Notes under the pieces: generated by a model
What the model was told of the DNA's origin: nothing
Databases searched by the model: none
The model's input: only the letters and a program-made list of their open reading frames with translations
Shown: positions 41,739 through 58,743 of the stretch, piece after piece
How positions within the stretch are numbered: the first letter of the stretch is position 1
Layout of the letters: the number at the start of each line of letters is the position of its first letter
Source of the DNA: Eledone cirrhosa
Lineage: Eukaryota
DNA length: 64,000 bases
Direction: 5' to 3'
Assembly: GCA_964016885.1 (NCBI GenBank)
Contig: OZ024740.1
Coordinates: 332,630,001-332,694,000 of the forward strand
Translations under genes and position numbers: made by a program

Positions 41739-42069
41739 GGAAGACATGATATGAAGGTTAAAAATACTTGTGGATAGTGGAGTTTTAAATCAACATATGA
41801 AAAGTAGTTTTAGATTGATGTGTGATATTGGGGAAAAAAATGTTTTGAGGGGGGGGGGGGGGGGTGAACAAGAGGAGGAGATGAGAGTAAAAAGTGGAGA
41901 GGGAGGTGTATAATGAGGAAGGATGAGATAGGAGGAGAGATGGGTGATAGAGAGAGAGAGATAGCTTTTATAACTGCGAAAAATATATTGTTTTACATAG
42001 AGAGGTTGAAAAACCATTGGAAGATAATGTATGAATTAAAAGAATTTGAAAATTAACGAAGAGAAAAAT

Positions 42070-42173
42070 AATTGTTTCTACTTTAGGCACAAGGCCAGCA
42101 AATACCCAGTTCATTACTGGTACTTTATTTTATCGACCCCGTAAGGATGAAAGGCAAAGTCAACCTCGGCGGG
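42070..42173 (-). mobile_element. 5'-truncated SINE inserted in the left arm only
   Basis: TSD GAAAAATAAT at 42063-42072 and 42174-42183. The matching site in the right arm (about 44525-44535) is empty. Confidence 0.88.
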
Positions 42174-42641
42174 GAAAAATAATGTAAAGTTAAGGTTTGT
42201 ATATTGAAGGGTTTACTAATATGTGCGATGAAAAGAAATTGTTAATATGTATTAAGAAAAATATTTAAGGGTTTAATAATATGTGCGATGGAAAGAAAAT
42301 GTTGATATGTATTATTAAAAAAAACAAAAGTAATGTAAGTAAGGATATATTGTGAGATGAGCATGAATAAGTTAGATGAAAGTGCGAAAAAATAATGAAT
42401 AGAGGATGAATAATCTAACGTCAAAAAAAATGTTTATGTTTACGAAGGATTTTTTTCAAGGTGATATGAAGTAAGAATATATTGTATTGTGTAATAATTG
42501 TTTCTATGTTAGGCACAGTGGGAAAAGGTACAGATTAGGGGTTAGAAATTAAAAGAAAAAGAAAAGAAAAGGAAAAGGAAGAAAGGGAAGTGATAAATAG
42601 GAGTGATATAGAATGAGTAACAAGTATTATATAATGTATAG

Positions 42642-42830
42642 TGGCGGTGGATTGGCAGTATCGGTAGAGGGTCGGACGCCATGCTTTCCAGCATAGTTAC
42701 GTCCATTTACGATCTGAGTTCAAATCCCGCCGAGGTTGACTTTGCCTTTCATCCTTACGGGGTCGATAAAATAAAGTACCAGTAATGCACTGGGTAATTT
42801 CTGGCCTTGTGCCTAAAGTAGAAACAATTA
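42642..42830 (+). mobile_element. Full-length SINE inserted in the left arm only
   Basis: TSD ATTATATAATGTATA at 42626-42640 and 42827-42841. Empty site in the right arm (about 44008-44022). Confidence 0.92.
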
Positions 42831-42958
42831 TATAATGTATAATAAAAAAAAATTTGAAATAAGGTAGAAAGATGGGTATATTTTTAAAGAAGTATATATA
42901 TATATATATATATACGTGCCTTTGAGAAAAGGATTCTGAATTGATAAAGTTTAGGATA

Positions 42959-43604
42959 TTAGCTGTATACTTTATGGAATGTTTTGTGGAATTTATGCAA
43001 GCAGAGAGAAAACAAGTCAGTGCGTCTATTTATTATAGAATCTAAATTAGATATAATGGTAAATCTTTCATTTAGACAGAGATTGCAAGTCTTGGATAGA
43101 GAACTGTTCAAGCATGGAGAAGCAGAGGAAACCTTTTTCCAAGAGATGCTATATTTAATATTTTTGTCTTTCAAGGACCATATGAGTTCTGAGAGAGCCG
43201 TGTTGGTTGTTTTAAGTTTGTATTTAAAAGACGAATGATGATTATAAAGACGAGTTTTGAAGGAGGTGGAAGTGGAGCCAAAATAGGTGAAGGAATTGGT
43301 GTCAGTTATAACTTTACATTCGTAGATTAAGTTTTTATCAAGACAATGGTTGTTGAGAGGACATTTATTTTTAGCAGGGCAATTGCAATTGCGATTAGAG
43401 AGATTATTAACGAGTGACCTACTGTTATCTATAGAAGGAATTGGATTGGAGAAGTTATTTGCGATAGGAATAATAGTTTCTTGATTTAGAACGGGATTAA
43501 GAACATTTAGCGAAGTTGTGTTTGACGTTGTATTGGGGTTTGCAGAAATTAGCCTAGAGTTTACAATGACGTCGGGAGTACTATTACTATTATTATGATA
43601 TTCA
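42959..43604 (-). pseudogene. Penelope-like linker + GIY-YIG endonuclease fragment
   Basis: CNCPAKNKCPLNNHCLDKNLIYECKV...TYFGSTSTSFKTRLYNHHSSF...TALSELIWSLKD...CNLCLNERFTII. Confidence 0.85.
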
Positions 43605-44869
43605 GTTTAAAGCTCGTCTTTATAATCATCATTCGTCTTTTAAATACCAACTTAAAAGAACCAACATGGCTCTCTCAGAACTCATATGGTCCTTGAAAGA
43701 CAAAAATATTAAATATAACATCTCTTGGAAAAAGGTTTCTTCTGCATCGTCATGCTTGAACAGTTCTCTATCCAAGACTTGCAATCTCTGTCTAAATGAA
43801 AGATTTACCTAATTTAGATTCTATAATAAATAGACGCACTGACTTGTTTTCTCTCTGCTTGCATAAATTCCACAAAACATTCCATAAAGTATACAGCTAA
43901 TATCCTAAACTTTATCAATTCAGAATCCTTTTCTCAAAGGCACACATATATATATATACTTCTTTAAAAATATACCCATCTTTCTACCTTATTTCAAAGT
44001 TATTTATTATACATTATATAATACTTGTTACTCATTCTATATCACTCCTATTTATCACTTCCCTTTCTTCCTTTTCCTTTTCTTTTCTTTTTCTTTTAAT
44101 TTCTAACCCCTAATCTGTACCTTTTCTCACTGTGCCTAACATAGAAACAATTATTACACAATACAATATATTCTTACTTTATATCACCTTGAAAAAATCC
44201 TTCGTAAATATAAACATTTTTTTTGACGTTAGATTATTCATCCTCTATTCATTATTTTTTTCGCACTTTCATCTAACTTATTCATGCTCATCTCACAATA
44301 TATCCTTACTTACATTACTTTTGTTTTTTTTAATAATACATATCAACATTTTCTTTCCACGCACATATTATTAAACCCTTAAATATTATCCTTAATACAT
44401 ATTAACATTTTCCTTCCATCGCACATATTATTAAACCCTTAAATATTATTCTTATTACATATTAACAATTTCTTTTTATCGCACATATTATTAAACCCTT
44501 CAATATACAAACCTTAACTTTACATTATTTTTCTCTTCGTTAATTTTCAAATTCTTTCAATTTATACATTATCTTCCAACGGTTTTTCAACCTCTCTATG
44601 TAAAACAATATATTTTTCTCAGTTATAAAAGCTATCTCTCTCTATCACCCATCTCTCCTCCTATCTCATCCTTCCTCATTATACACCTCCCTCTCCACTT
44701 TTTACTCTCATCTCCTCCTCTTTTTCATCCTTTCCAACATACCCCCCCCCCCCGCCCCCAAACATTTTTTTCCCCCCCAATATCAGACATCAATCTAAAA
44801 CTACTTTTCATATGTTGATTTAAAACTGCACTATCCACAAGTGTTTTTAACCTTCATATCATGTATTCC

Positions 44870-44940
44870 TATTTTATCTGATGAAAACACAAATGTTATT
44901 GCATAATGATATTTGTTTTTGAAATGCGCATAATAGAATA
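44870..44940 (+). ncRNA. Minimal type-I hammerhead ribozyme
   Basis: TATTTTAT-CTGATGA(44878-44884)-stem II-GAAA(44921-44924)-T-GCGC-A-TA-ATAGAATA. Predicted cleavage after 44932. Confidence 0.8.
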
Positions 44941-45480
44941 CATGGAACTCTTTTAACCCTCTTTTGATCTTATATATTATATATATATATATTGTGGACG
45001 TCCCGGTAAGGGAATTGGCAAATTGCTGATTGAAATCTAACCGCCCTAGCTCAGCAACCGATTCCGATTAATCACCTGATTATGCAAATCCGTACTATAG
45101 TTAACTGTAACTTACATATTGCAATATTTCATAACCAGTCGTAATTACGGATCTAGTAATTCAGAAGTACACGATGAAAAAGTCGATTGATTTTTACCCC
45201 TGGGAAGAACAGATACGAGCCTCTAAGAAAATGGCCACGCTCTGAAAATATAGAAATGTTAATGTCTTTCATAAAATTTGATCGTTAATGTTATTTGCTG
45301 CTTGAGTGAGATAAAATGACATGCATCATTATTACTGGAAAGGTTTTGAGTCGCTTTGAATTGAACTATAATTAGAATGCTATAATTTTTAAATTAACAC
45401 CTCCTTAATATGTGACTATCAATAGTAGAAAAAATTATAGTTGCTGATTATCAAAATCATTAATCAGTGAAACCGTATCA

Positions 45481-45745
<265 letters not shown>

Positions 45746-46501
45746 TATCGTGTGATATATGTTAAGGTGAAAGTACTGAGAAAGCCTGTAAAATGCGAAT
45801 AGGAAATACTTAGAATTAACTAGTGTAGGGGGAAATTCGACTGATACAACAAAAGATTATTTATCCTACATGTTTCATGATATTTCTAGATAATAATCTT
45901 CTTATCAAATGATGAACGAACAAAAAATATCAGAGTGTCTTATTCCTACGATCTCAGATTTATTGTTCATGTCTGGCATATGAATGTGCGTCAGGAGAGC
46001 TACATTTATCCGCACAGTATGAGAGTTCCTATGGTGACTTCAGTATCTCGATGTGGAATTCATATTGGTGTTGTTTGACAAAAGAAATACACGTTGTCGT
46101 GTGTAACTTCCAGCTAGTACTCCCAATCTGAGCTACCACATCAGTTTGCAAGATACCTTTAAAAAACATAGGATCTCATGTATATTTCCGCATTATTAAT
46201 GGAATAGTTAGGGACTGTACATAATTGATGGATGTGTTTCTCTTTTGGAGAATAGTCTCCTCAGCATGCCATTTTAATGCTCAGACCCTACATACAGATA
46301 CATTGGTAGATATCAGCAGTGGTCCTCTCATTGAAATGCAGCAGTTTTAGACAGTATATTCTATTTCTTATGGTGTATTCCCTTCTCAGCGGTGTGTTGG
46401 CATCTTGGTATATATGTGTGTGAGTGGTTGTGTATCTCTCTCTCCCTCTCTCTTTCTATGATTTTCTGTCTTTCTTTATCTCTCTTTTTCTTTCTCTATT
46501 G

Positions 46502-46655
<154 letters not shown>

Positions 46656-47960
46656 TTGGAGATTACTCTAGAACTGATTAATCGAAAAAGCAATTATATT
46701 TCTGAACCACACCAAATGGCTGAACTATAAAAAGGATTTCTTCAGTTTTTGTTTTTGAAATTGCTTCAAGGTTTAAGGCAAATATCTATCGTAAGAAAAC
46801 CACTTAGATGTAATAGTGATGGTTAGTTATTTGTTGCTGTGGTTCGGTCTGAGATAATTCACATGTTGGCAGCACATTTCTTGTGTAGCTATTAACGGAT
46901 GTCGGTTATATTGGCACACACGGTGTTATAGCATTGCTTGTAAGATCGTTAGTCAGTATCTTCCGAGCACGGGATATAGATAATGGCCTTGATTTCCGGT
47001 TGATGTCGTTTGCAGTAAGCAAGGTGCTAAACGGAAAGAGAAATATAGCTACAGCAACATGTCCTTTAGTAATAAAACCTAATGATCCGCTGAATTGTTG
47101 CAGCCTAATCTTTGTGTTTCATTGAATTTCTACAACTTTTCCTTTCCTTTTCCATCTCGTTCATTACTTTGCTTTTACAATTACTCCCACAGTCTCTGAT
47201 TCAGCCTCTGTTTACATTCATACAAGCTATTCAGTATCGTTCTATTCTCAACACGAACACGCACACATACACATCGAAACAGTCATTACACACAATTACA
47301 CGCAGTTCCTTGCACTAACAGAGACACACATCGTATTATATTCCATCTCACAACCACTGGTTTTCTTTTTCTTCACTATCATTATTTCTCTTTCATTTTG
47401 TCCAATTTAACTAAATTATTCACATGTTTTCTTTAATCACTATCGAAACATTGTTACATTATCTTCTCCCATTGATCTTATACTGCATCACTGCCTAATT
47501 CTCAAATAAGTCTCTGTATCTTTCCCATTGTCTCAAGCTAAGTAATATAGTCCAATTGAGGTTTCTTATCGGCATCAATTTATACGAGCAGTTTCAACTT
47601 TTAATCTAAATATTTATTGAATTATTGATGAAAACATAAAGGTGTGAAGGTGAATGTTTCTCTATATTTATTTCGAGACCTATACTATAACAAGCACAAG
47701 TGTGATATGAAAATGTATCGGGAATTCATGAATAGCTGAACTAAACTAATGTGAAAAGATAATAGATTCAAACGTATTTCAATAAATAATATGATTCATA
47801 AAATTAAGAATGTTCCTAACCTATATGATAAAGAAATTATCCTATAGATATTATACTCCGTTTTATGAGACGGAACGTTTTAATAGCAATACATATGACT
47901 GTAGATACACACACTCCACATGCGCAATGCATATACAATACATACACATGAACACAAACA

Positions 47961-50392
<2,432 letters not shown>

Positions 50393-50527
50393 CCATATTC
50401 AAATGGTGAACCTGCGGCTAGAAATTATTGCAACGGCAGCTTCAGGGAAATCAAAGCAAAACATATCAAAGCCTTTTGTAGAAATTATCATTGCTCGTGT
50501 TTTATGTTTGATTTTTCTTGTCTCTAG

Positions 50528-50593
50528 CTAAAATACTTTTAGTGCCATCGCTCATGCAATCTTATTACAATCCGTTTCAAACAGACTTTTACG
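50528..50593 (+). other. Candidate 66-nt internal exon (phase 1-1)
   Basis: TTTGATTTTTCTTGTCTCTAG| acceptor and ACG|GTAAGT donor, with an open frame KILLVPSLMQSYYNPFQTDFY. No recognisable homology. Confidence 0.3.
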
Positions 50594-51472
50594 GTAAGTG
50601 CAGTTAAAATATTTTTAATGTATTTTCATATCTTCCCGTTACTTTTACAAATATATATTGGTTAAAATGGTATTTAAAGTGATTTTTATTTATTTTCTTT
50701 CTCTTTCTTTTCTCTTAGTATATATTAGGATGCTCATGATGTTAAAAAAAATGGTCAATTACAATATTCAGGAAGTGGATGATGAGCTAACATTACATGA
50801 CTTAGCTTGAATCTATGTAATCTCTGTATGTAATGATATACAATCATGATTTGTGTACCAGTTGTTACCCAATGCCACCACTAATATTATCTACAAAGCA
50901 TGATTCAATGAAACCACACTCATATATTCTATTGAGTGCCATCTGACTTATTTTATCAATAACTATGGCTTTGAGATTTTAAACGATTAATGTTTTATTT
51001 GATTGCATGCTAAAGTATCTCAGGTTAACTTCCCAGACATGAAAATTAACAATAAAGGAAGGATTGTTTCGACTTATTTATTGACATTACAAAACATTTT
51101 AATTGGACGGAGCTAAAGAAGAATATGTAGTTGCTTGTGTTTGTCTTCTCAACATCTACAATTTAGAGGAAGAAATATGTGTAATTCAATGATATTTAGA
51201 CTAATTGATTCTGAGATACAATATATCGAATATATTAGCAATTTGAATTATTGTGCCAGACGGACTCATAGATCAAAATTAAATGAAGTTGTGACTTTCC
51301 TAAGTATATTACTATCAAATGAAAAATAGTTTTACATTATATGTAAATCAAGCAGTCTACCGTATCAGTATGTACACCTATACACCTACAAATGCTAACA
51401 CACACACACACACATTAGATATATACACAAGCATGAAACTATATTCAACATTCTCTTTCTCACCCGCTCTCA

Positions 51473-51555
<83 letters not shown>

Positions 51556-51559
51556 TATA

Positions 51560-53075
51560 TCCCCACACACACACACATTCCCCACTAACACACTCCTCCT
51601 TTCCACCGCCGCACCCCCTTGGCCCATCCTACCACTAACAATACTAACACCCACCTACTGACCCTCGCCCAACTAACTATACTACCACCCCACCCCTCCC
51701 CATAACACGCACACACCCACCTGAACATATATACACGCACTTACACTATCCACACACCCTACTACCACCTCTAACCCTCACCCACACATCCACTATGACC
51801 ACCCTACAACTAACATCACTAACCTCTCCCCGACCCAACGCACACGAGCACACACCATCTCACACACACCGCACACCTATGTACACCACCTACTCCACAC
51901 ACCCAACCACCATTAACCCCCACATACACACCCGCTTTCAACCCTTTCCCCACCACCAGTAACACCCACTAAAACGCCCTTTACCACACACACACTCATC
52001 CAAACACGCACACACACCAGTACACTAGACTCTCTCCTCCGTCCCCAACACCTCTTCTCTCCATCTCCCCGCTCCACCAACACCCCTCCACGCACATCCC
52101 ACTAACACCTCTACTAATATACACCCCATCCCCCCACATCACCACCTTCCCCCTCCACCCTTCAGACCTACCCATCCTCTCCCCTGTCCACCGCACCTTC
52201 GCACACACAGACACACAGTCCTCACCACACTGACCGTTTGTCCACCTGCCGTCCTCCTCTACTGCTATCTCTTCATCCTTCCTTGACCCTCTGACCACTT
52301 CCTGTTGCGCGCGCACCCCACTTCCCTCCACTTCTGATCACCACGAACATTGGATTCTACACCACCGGTCATCGTTCCAGCCATCAACTCCATAACATGA
52401 AAAATATCCAGCAACTCCTCGCACACGCCACAGAACTACCTCAGGAACTTACCCACGAACATACACACACATTTTTTTCGCATCACGCGAACTACATCTA
52501 CACCACGTGTAAACACAAACACACACGTGCGTACCCCCACATATACACACTCAGCCTCCGGAATCCACACGCCCCCTTCCCCACCCGCTGACCCCTCTCC
52601 TTCCAGACGCACGCACACACCTTTTCCTGAACATGGAACCTCGTTCTTCCCCCAACTCTCACATTCACATACACACGCACACACACACACACGTACACCA
52701 ACACATACACAAACACCACCTTCAGCCTTCCCCGCTTCGATCCTCTGCCTCTCTCTCCTAACTCCACCCGCCACCAAACCTTGCATACCTTACACCCTTC
52801 CACCACTTGTTCATTTTATTGTTTATTTTTATGTTTATTTTTATGTTTATTTTTATTTTTATTTGTTCTCCTTCCCCATTTGTTCTAAATGTCTGTCCAC
52901 CCCTCCTCTACACACCCTCGGAACTCTCTTCTTACCCAATTTTCTTCTGAAGAAGGGCTTATTCCCGAAACGTCGTTCCACACACCCCACTCTCAAGAAC
53001 GTGAACCTAATAAACCTTTATTTGTCTGCCTTTCTGTTTTTCTTCCCGTCCAACTTTTCACATATATATACATGT
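51560..53075 (+). mobile_element. C/A-rich Penelope-like 3' region ending in a hammerhead and poly(A) signal
   Basis: About 1.2 kb of strongly strand-biased C/A-rich sequence after (TA)n, then a hammerhead core and AATAAA (about 53009). No clear ORF. Confidence 0.5.
52940..52980 (+). ncRNA. Minimal hammerhead motif
   Basis: CTGAAGA-A-GGG(CTTATT)CCC-GAAA-CG-TC at 52947-52974 is the classic Penelope-associated minimal form. Stem I pairing is poor. Confidence 0.6.
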
Positions 53076-54515
53076 GTCTGTGTGTGTGTGATTGTACGTG
53101 ATTAGCCATGGAAAACTCGTGATATATACTTGGTGTTAAACATTTATAATTCTCCAGAGTTTTCAGTTGATTCGCAGAATATATTTCAGATAATTCAATG
53201 GATTATAGAATAGAGGGTTCCAGCACGTGACAACAGATTATGGTAGTATAACAGTTTAGTCCATAACATAAGAAATCCAATAATTTCAAAATATTGTGTC
53301 TGCAACACAGATATTCATGTGACTTAAGTATGTCAATTTCCTTGCTCAAATATGTTGGGTTTATACACGAATAATAATCGAATCTCTCAAAGCAAAATGC
53401 GTCAATTATGTAAAACAAAAAGAATAAAAACAAAAAAAAAACGATATATTTAAACTACTCCTATGTAAAATGTAGCAATCAGTTTTTAGATCAACACGCT
53501 ATAATACGCTAACAATTGTTAACTAAAACCATTAGCTATACTCAGAAAACGTACACACACATTAACATGAATTAGAAAAGAAGTATCGATGTCGATTCAG
53601 AAATAACGATAACCTTGAAGGACGTGTTCGGAGAAATTATGGATGAAAAGAGACAACGTTTATATAAGGAAAGTGAATGTATTGGTTGTCGTAGCAAAGG
53701 CGTAACAAGGAGACAATAAACATTGCCAACGAAACGCATAAGCTGTAATCAAGAAGTTAACAAAGAGTGGTTATTTATAGATACATTGAATTAGAGTAAT
53801 TCTGAGCAGACGTTGTAACATTTTGTATGAAAGGACTGTCCAAAACATACTTCTAGAATATAATGATACATTTTTTCAATGGGTAGCCCACACGGTACTG
53901 AATTATTTGAGAGCGGGTACGTATTATAAAATAATGTTGCGTATGGTTAATTAAGTGAAATATTTATGCTCTGTTTCGTTCGAACTAGCAAATAACATTT
54001 ATATTATTAATAGCTAACTTCGGCCCTTGTGGCCAATAAATGAAATCATTATTAATAGCTAGCTTGAAAATGTTAGTATATATATTTTTAGGTTTAACAC
54101 ACAACTAGGGAAGAAATCATTTCCCCAAGCGAAACTATCTTACCTTAGTACATTTGAAAATAAATATTCTCTATACTCAGAGCTTTGGAATATTTGAAAA
54201 TGCCTGTAATACAGTATAGTTATGTCTTATGAAATATTTACGTTATCTATCATAAAGAAGAGTTTAACACATCGGTTTGGAGTTATCTCTCTTTTGTCAT
54301 ACAGCTAATGGGTTTTTTTTTATGAGTTACATTCATCCGTAAGATTTCAGAATTTATTACACGCGTACCTTCACATTAAACTTTATCACCTCATTTTTGT
54401 TTTCTTAGAATATTGAGAGAAAATTCCAAAACATTTATTCTTACTTTGAATATGTTGTTACCATTTTCAATGCTTACGCAAAAAATGGAAAGCCACTGTT
54501 TGTATTTACACACTA

Positions 54516-54516
54516 A

Positions 54517-54581
<65 letters not shown>

Positions 54582-54614
54582 AAGTAGCAGCATCAGCATC
54601 AGTAGCAGCAGCAT

Positions 54615-54652
<38 letters not shown>
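54516..54652. repeat. (AGT)n trinucleotide repeat
   Basis: Direct observation. Confidence 0.95.
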
Positions 54653-54653
<1 letters not shown>

Positions 54654-55820
54654 ATGAATTTGTGCTAGTTGCGGCAACTGTGGTACTACAAAATAAATAC
54701 TAGCTATAAATAGAAAGGGAATTGCTTGTCTCCAATAACGTTGTTTGTTGTGGTAAGTTTTGTAATGTATTAATGACTAATTAATCCTGTTGTTATCATA
54801 TTTCCAATGAAACATAGCCTATGGTGTTCAAACAAATTGGAAATTTAGATGAAATTTGTAATGAGTTGAAAACATAATTAACGGTCTAAGATGCTGTTTT
54901 CAGCATTAATTTAAAATGTATTACCTGACGCAAGAATTTTAAAATGTATATCATGACGCAAGAATTTTAGACAAACTTTCAAAACAAATAGTTTATATCG
55001 TAGAATCAGGAGTGATTTCAGGCGATTTGATATCAAAAGGGTTAACTATCTGATTTAGTCAATTTTGTTCACTAGCTCATATATTCATTAAATCTAGAAA
55101 AACATGAATATGATATAAAAGCCACACAGAGAAATAAATCTAGTAGTGTTGAGATAAAATTAACTATGGAAATTATGATTTAATATTTAATAACATTTCC
55201 ATAACAGGTACAATAAAAAAAATGTTCTAAGTGTGCTACGAGGATTTTACTATTTTTTTTCAAATTCTAACAGGCATTAAATCTAATATTTTTCTGATAA
55301 CGTGAACAATTGCTGAAATAGAAATATTTAATTCATTTATTGTAATAAATTACACTTTTTAGAAGTTTTATATTACCATTAATGTATTTGAAAATATATT
55401 ATTTGATTACAAATATTTTTAAATTAAATTCCGTATAAAAATGATTGTATTTTTATTTAATGTTATGATATGGTTAGATTGGCTCTGCGTGCTTCAGGGC
55501 ATTCGTGCAACCGAAGAACCTCTATATGGCTGCTCGGACTACTAGAAACCACTACCGAAATTCTAACCAATACCAATTGTTCTCAATGGAGTTAATGAAA
55601 GAGGATTTTAATTGCAGCTTCAGTGATTATGCTCATAGCCATACAGGATATCGATTACCTTGGAGTAAAAAAAGAAACATCAGCAATTCAATCTACTTTA
55701 CGCCAATCCATAATGGCCACAAGATAGTCACTGTGAAGACATACTTCGAATATAGAAAGTTGCAAATGTACACACACATAAGCACACCCCCCACACACAT
55801 ACACACGCATATATATATAT

Positions 55821-55851
<31 letters not shown>

Positions 55852-56456
55852 AGGCTTATTACATTTAAATCCATATGCCTAGAGTGCTCATAGAGTATTC
55901 CAATATTCCTTAAAGCTGACATAAACTATTTACTGATTCCTGAAGCAAAACCATTATTGTGTAGCCTTATTGTCAAAGGGGCTTGAAACTCTAAGGTTAC
56001 CAGTTACATGACGAAAATGCATTACTAACATGGTTAATTCTAATAGCTTTCTAAATTTTGCTTCCCAATTTAGTATTGACATGTCCACTTCCTTTTTGCT
56101 TGCCTTAATCGTGTGTGAAGTTGATACTTTTTATTGAAGAGAAAATGTTGATCAAATTATTCAGAAGCTCATGACTGAATTTGTTTCAGCGTAATATCAA
56201 AATTAATTTAGATATATTCGCATGTTTCTAGTTGCCTGCATAAACAAACACAGGGAAAAACCTTTACCATGTTAAAGATATTTTATTTACAAATTAGTCC
56301 TTCTATATTGAAGTTTCTTCGTTATATAAAGATGTAATACCATTGAACAGTATTAATTTTCTCTGGAAAAATTGAGAAACTAGCAGAAATAGTATATGCT
56401 ACCAATCACGAATCCGTAAATACTACATTGCTATATCATATGCAAATAAACCAATG

Positions 56457-56501
<45 letters not shown>

Positions 56502-56865
56502 ACACATACACACACACACACATAAATATATATATATATATACAAATATATAATATGAACATGAAGAACATGAAATTAACAGGACGACTAAGAGAGGAAT
56601 ATACTACGTAAAAATAGAGGAGAAAGGGGAGTCATCTCCAGTGCTTGAACGGTACTATATTTGCCCATCACAGATTAATGAAGTTGACCACAAAGCCCCA
56701 ATCCAAGGAACATTGCTGCCTGGTATTCTATAAGAAATTAAAAATTCGAAAATTCGGGTCATACATGAAGATATGCATATATTGCCAAACAGAAGAATCG
56801 CCAGTTGATTTCCAAATCGGTCTCATGTATTAGCGAAAACAGACAATGAATCATCGAATTAGGTA

Positions 56866-56947
<82 letters not shown>

Positions 56948-57268
56948 TATACGTGTAGCGTTTGTTCAGTTTGTCTAGATAATACTATCTGCTAAGTTTT
57001 TGGGGACAAAGCAGTCTACACGATTTCCAGCCATTCTCATATTGTACAATAATTTTTATGCAGGTGACCAATCCACTATTTGTGTGACCATTCCTATTCT
57101 GAAGATGGACCCAGGAAGGCTTCTGAATGAGAATACACATTATTAATTACGTTTCAGTCCCAGATTAATCTTAAAGCAATTATAAGCGAACACTAAAATC
57201 ATTTTACAAATGATTCCTGAGCGTTGCAATGCTTCCTGTGTAACCTGTTTGAAAGAAATAGCTGTTCC

Positions 57269-57611
<343 letters not shown>

Positions 57612-57641
57612 AGATCAAAAGATGGTTAAAGGAGTTCCATG

Positions 57642-57712
57642 TATTTTATTATGCGCATTTCAAAAACAAACATCATCATGCAATAATATTTGTGTTTTCA
57701 TCAGATAAAACA
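57642..57712 (-). ncRNA. Minimal type-I hammerhead ribozyme
   Basis: Reverse complement of TTTTAT-CTGATGA-AAACACAAATATTATT(GC)ATGATGATGTTTGTTTTT-GAAA-T-GCGC-A-TA-ATAAAA. Confidence 0.8.
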
Positions 57713-58743
57713 GGAGAACATGATATGAAGGCTAAAAAACACTTGTGGATAGTGCAGTTTTAAATCAACATATGAAAAGTGGTTTTAGATTGATATGTGA
57801 TATTGGGAAAAATATTTTATTTAGAGAGGGGGTGGGGTGGAAAGGATGAAAAAGGGGAGGAGATGAGAGGGAGAGATGGGTGATAGAGAGAAAGAGATAG
57901 TTTTTATAACTGAGGGGAGATATATTGTTTTACATAGAGAGGTTGAAAACCGTTGGAAGATAATGTATAAATAAAAAAAAATTTCAAAATTAACGAAGGG
58001 AGGATATGTGCGAGCAAAAAATATTTTATTTAGGGAGGGGGGGTGGAAAGGATGAAAAAAGGGGGAGGAGATGAGAGTGAAGGTGGAGAGGGAGAGATGG
58101 GTGATAGAGAGAAAGAGATAGTTTTTATAACTGAGAAAAAGATATATTGTTTTACATAGAGAGGTTGAGAACCGTTGGAAGATAATGTATAAATTAAAGG
58201 AATTTGAAAATTAACGAAGGGAATTTATGTATGAAGATAGAGAGAAAAAATAATAATTGTGGATGAATATTCTAACGTCAAAAAAAGTGTATGTTGATAA
58301 GTATTGTGGCAATTTCAAAATTAACGAAGAGAAAAATTATTAAGGTTTGTGTGTAGAAGGATTTGAGAAAAATAATGTGAAGTTAAAGTTTGTATATTGA
58401 AGGAATTGATAATATATGCGAATAAAGAGTTAATATGTATTAAGAATGAGTTCGTTGATGGGGAGAAAAAAATAATAAATTAAGGATGAAATTGAGATTA
58501 AAAAGATTTATGATAGAGAGAAAAAATAATAATGATTGCGGATGAATATTCTAACGTCAAAAAAACAAATGTATATGTTATGAAGGATTTTACAAGGTGA
58601 AGATAGAATGAGGGTAATGAGTAAACAAGTATTATAGAGTGTATAATGCCCTTTAAAGTATGGTAGGAAGATGGGTATATTTTAAAGAGGTGTATGTATA
58701 TGTGCCTTTGAGAAAAGATTCTAAATTGATAAAGAATTGAATA

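Larger units (their letters stand above)
41540..44978. mobile_element. Naiad-like Penelope element 1 as a large inverted repeat (long minus arm + short plus arm)
   Basis: 41629-43261 is inverted at 43606-44978. The minus arm encodes CNCPAKNKCPLNNHC and a GIY-YIG domain to ...CNLCLNERFTII. A hammerhead lies near each outer end, there is a 90-bp tail at 41540-41628, and both flanks are (TA)n. Confidence 0.9.

Noticed and set aside
55505-55834. 109-aa ORF with ordinary composition
   Set aside because: No recognisable domain or splice signals, a non-ATG start, and it runs into a microsatellite.
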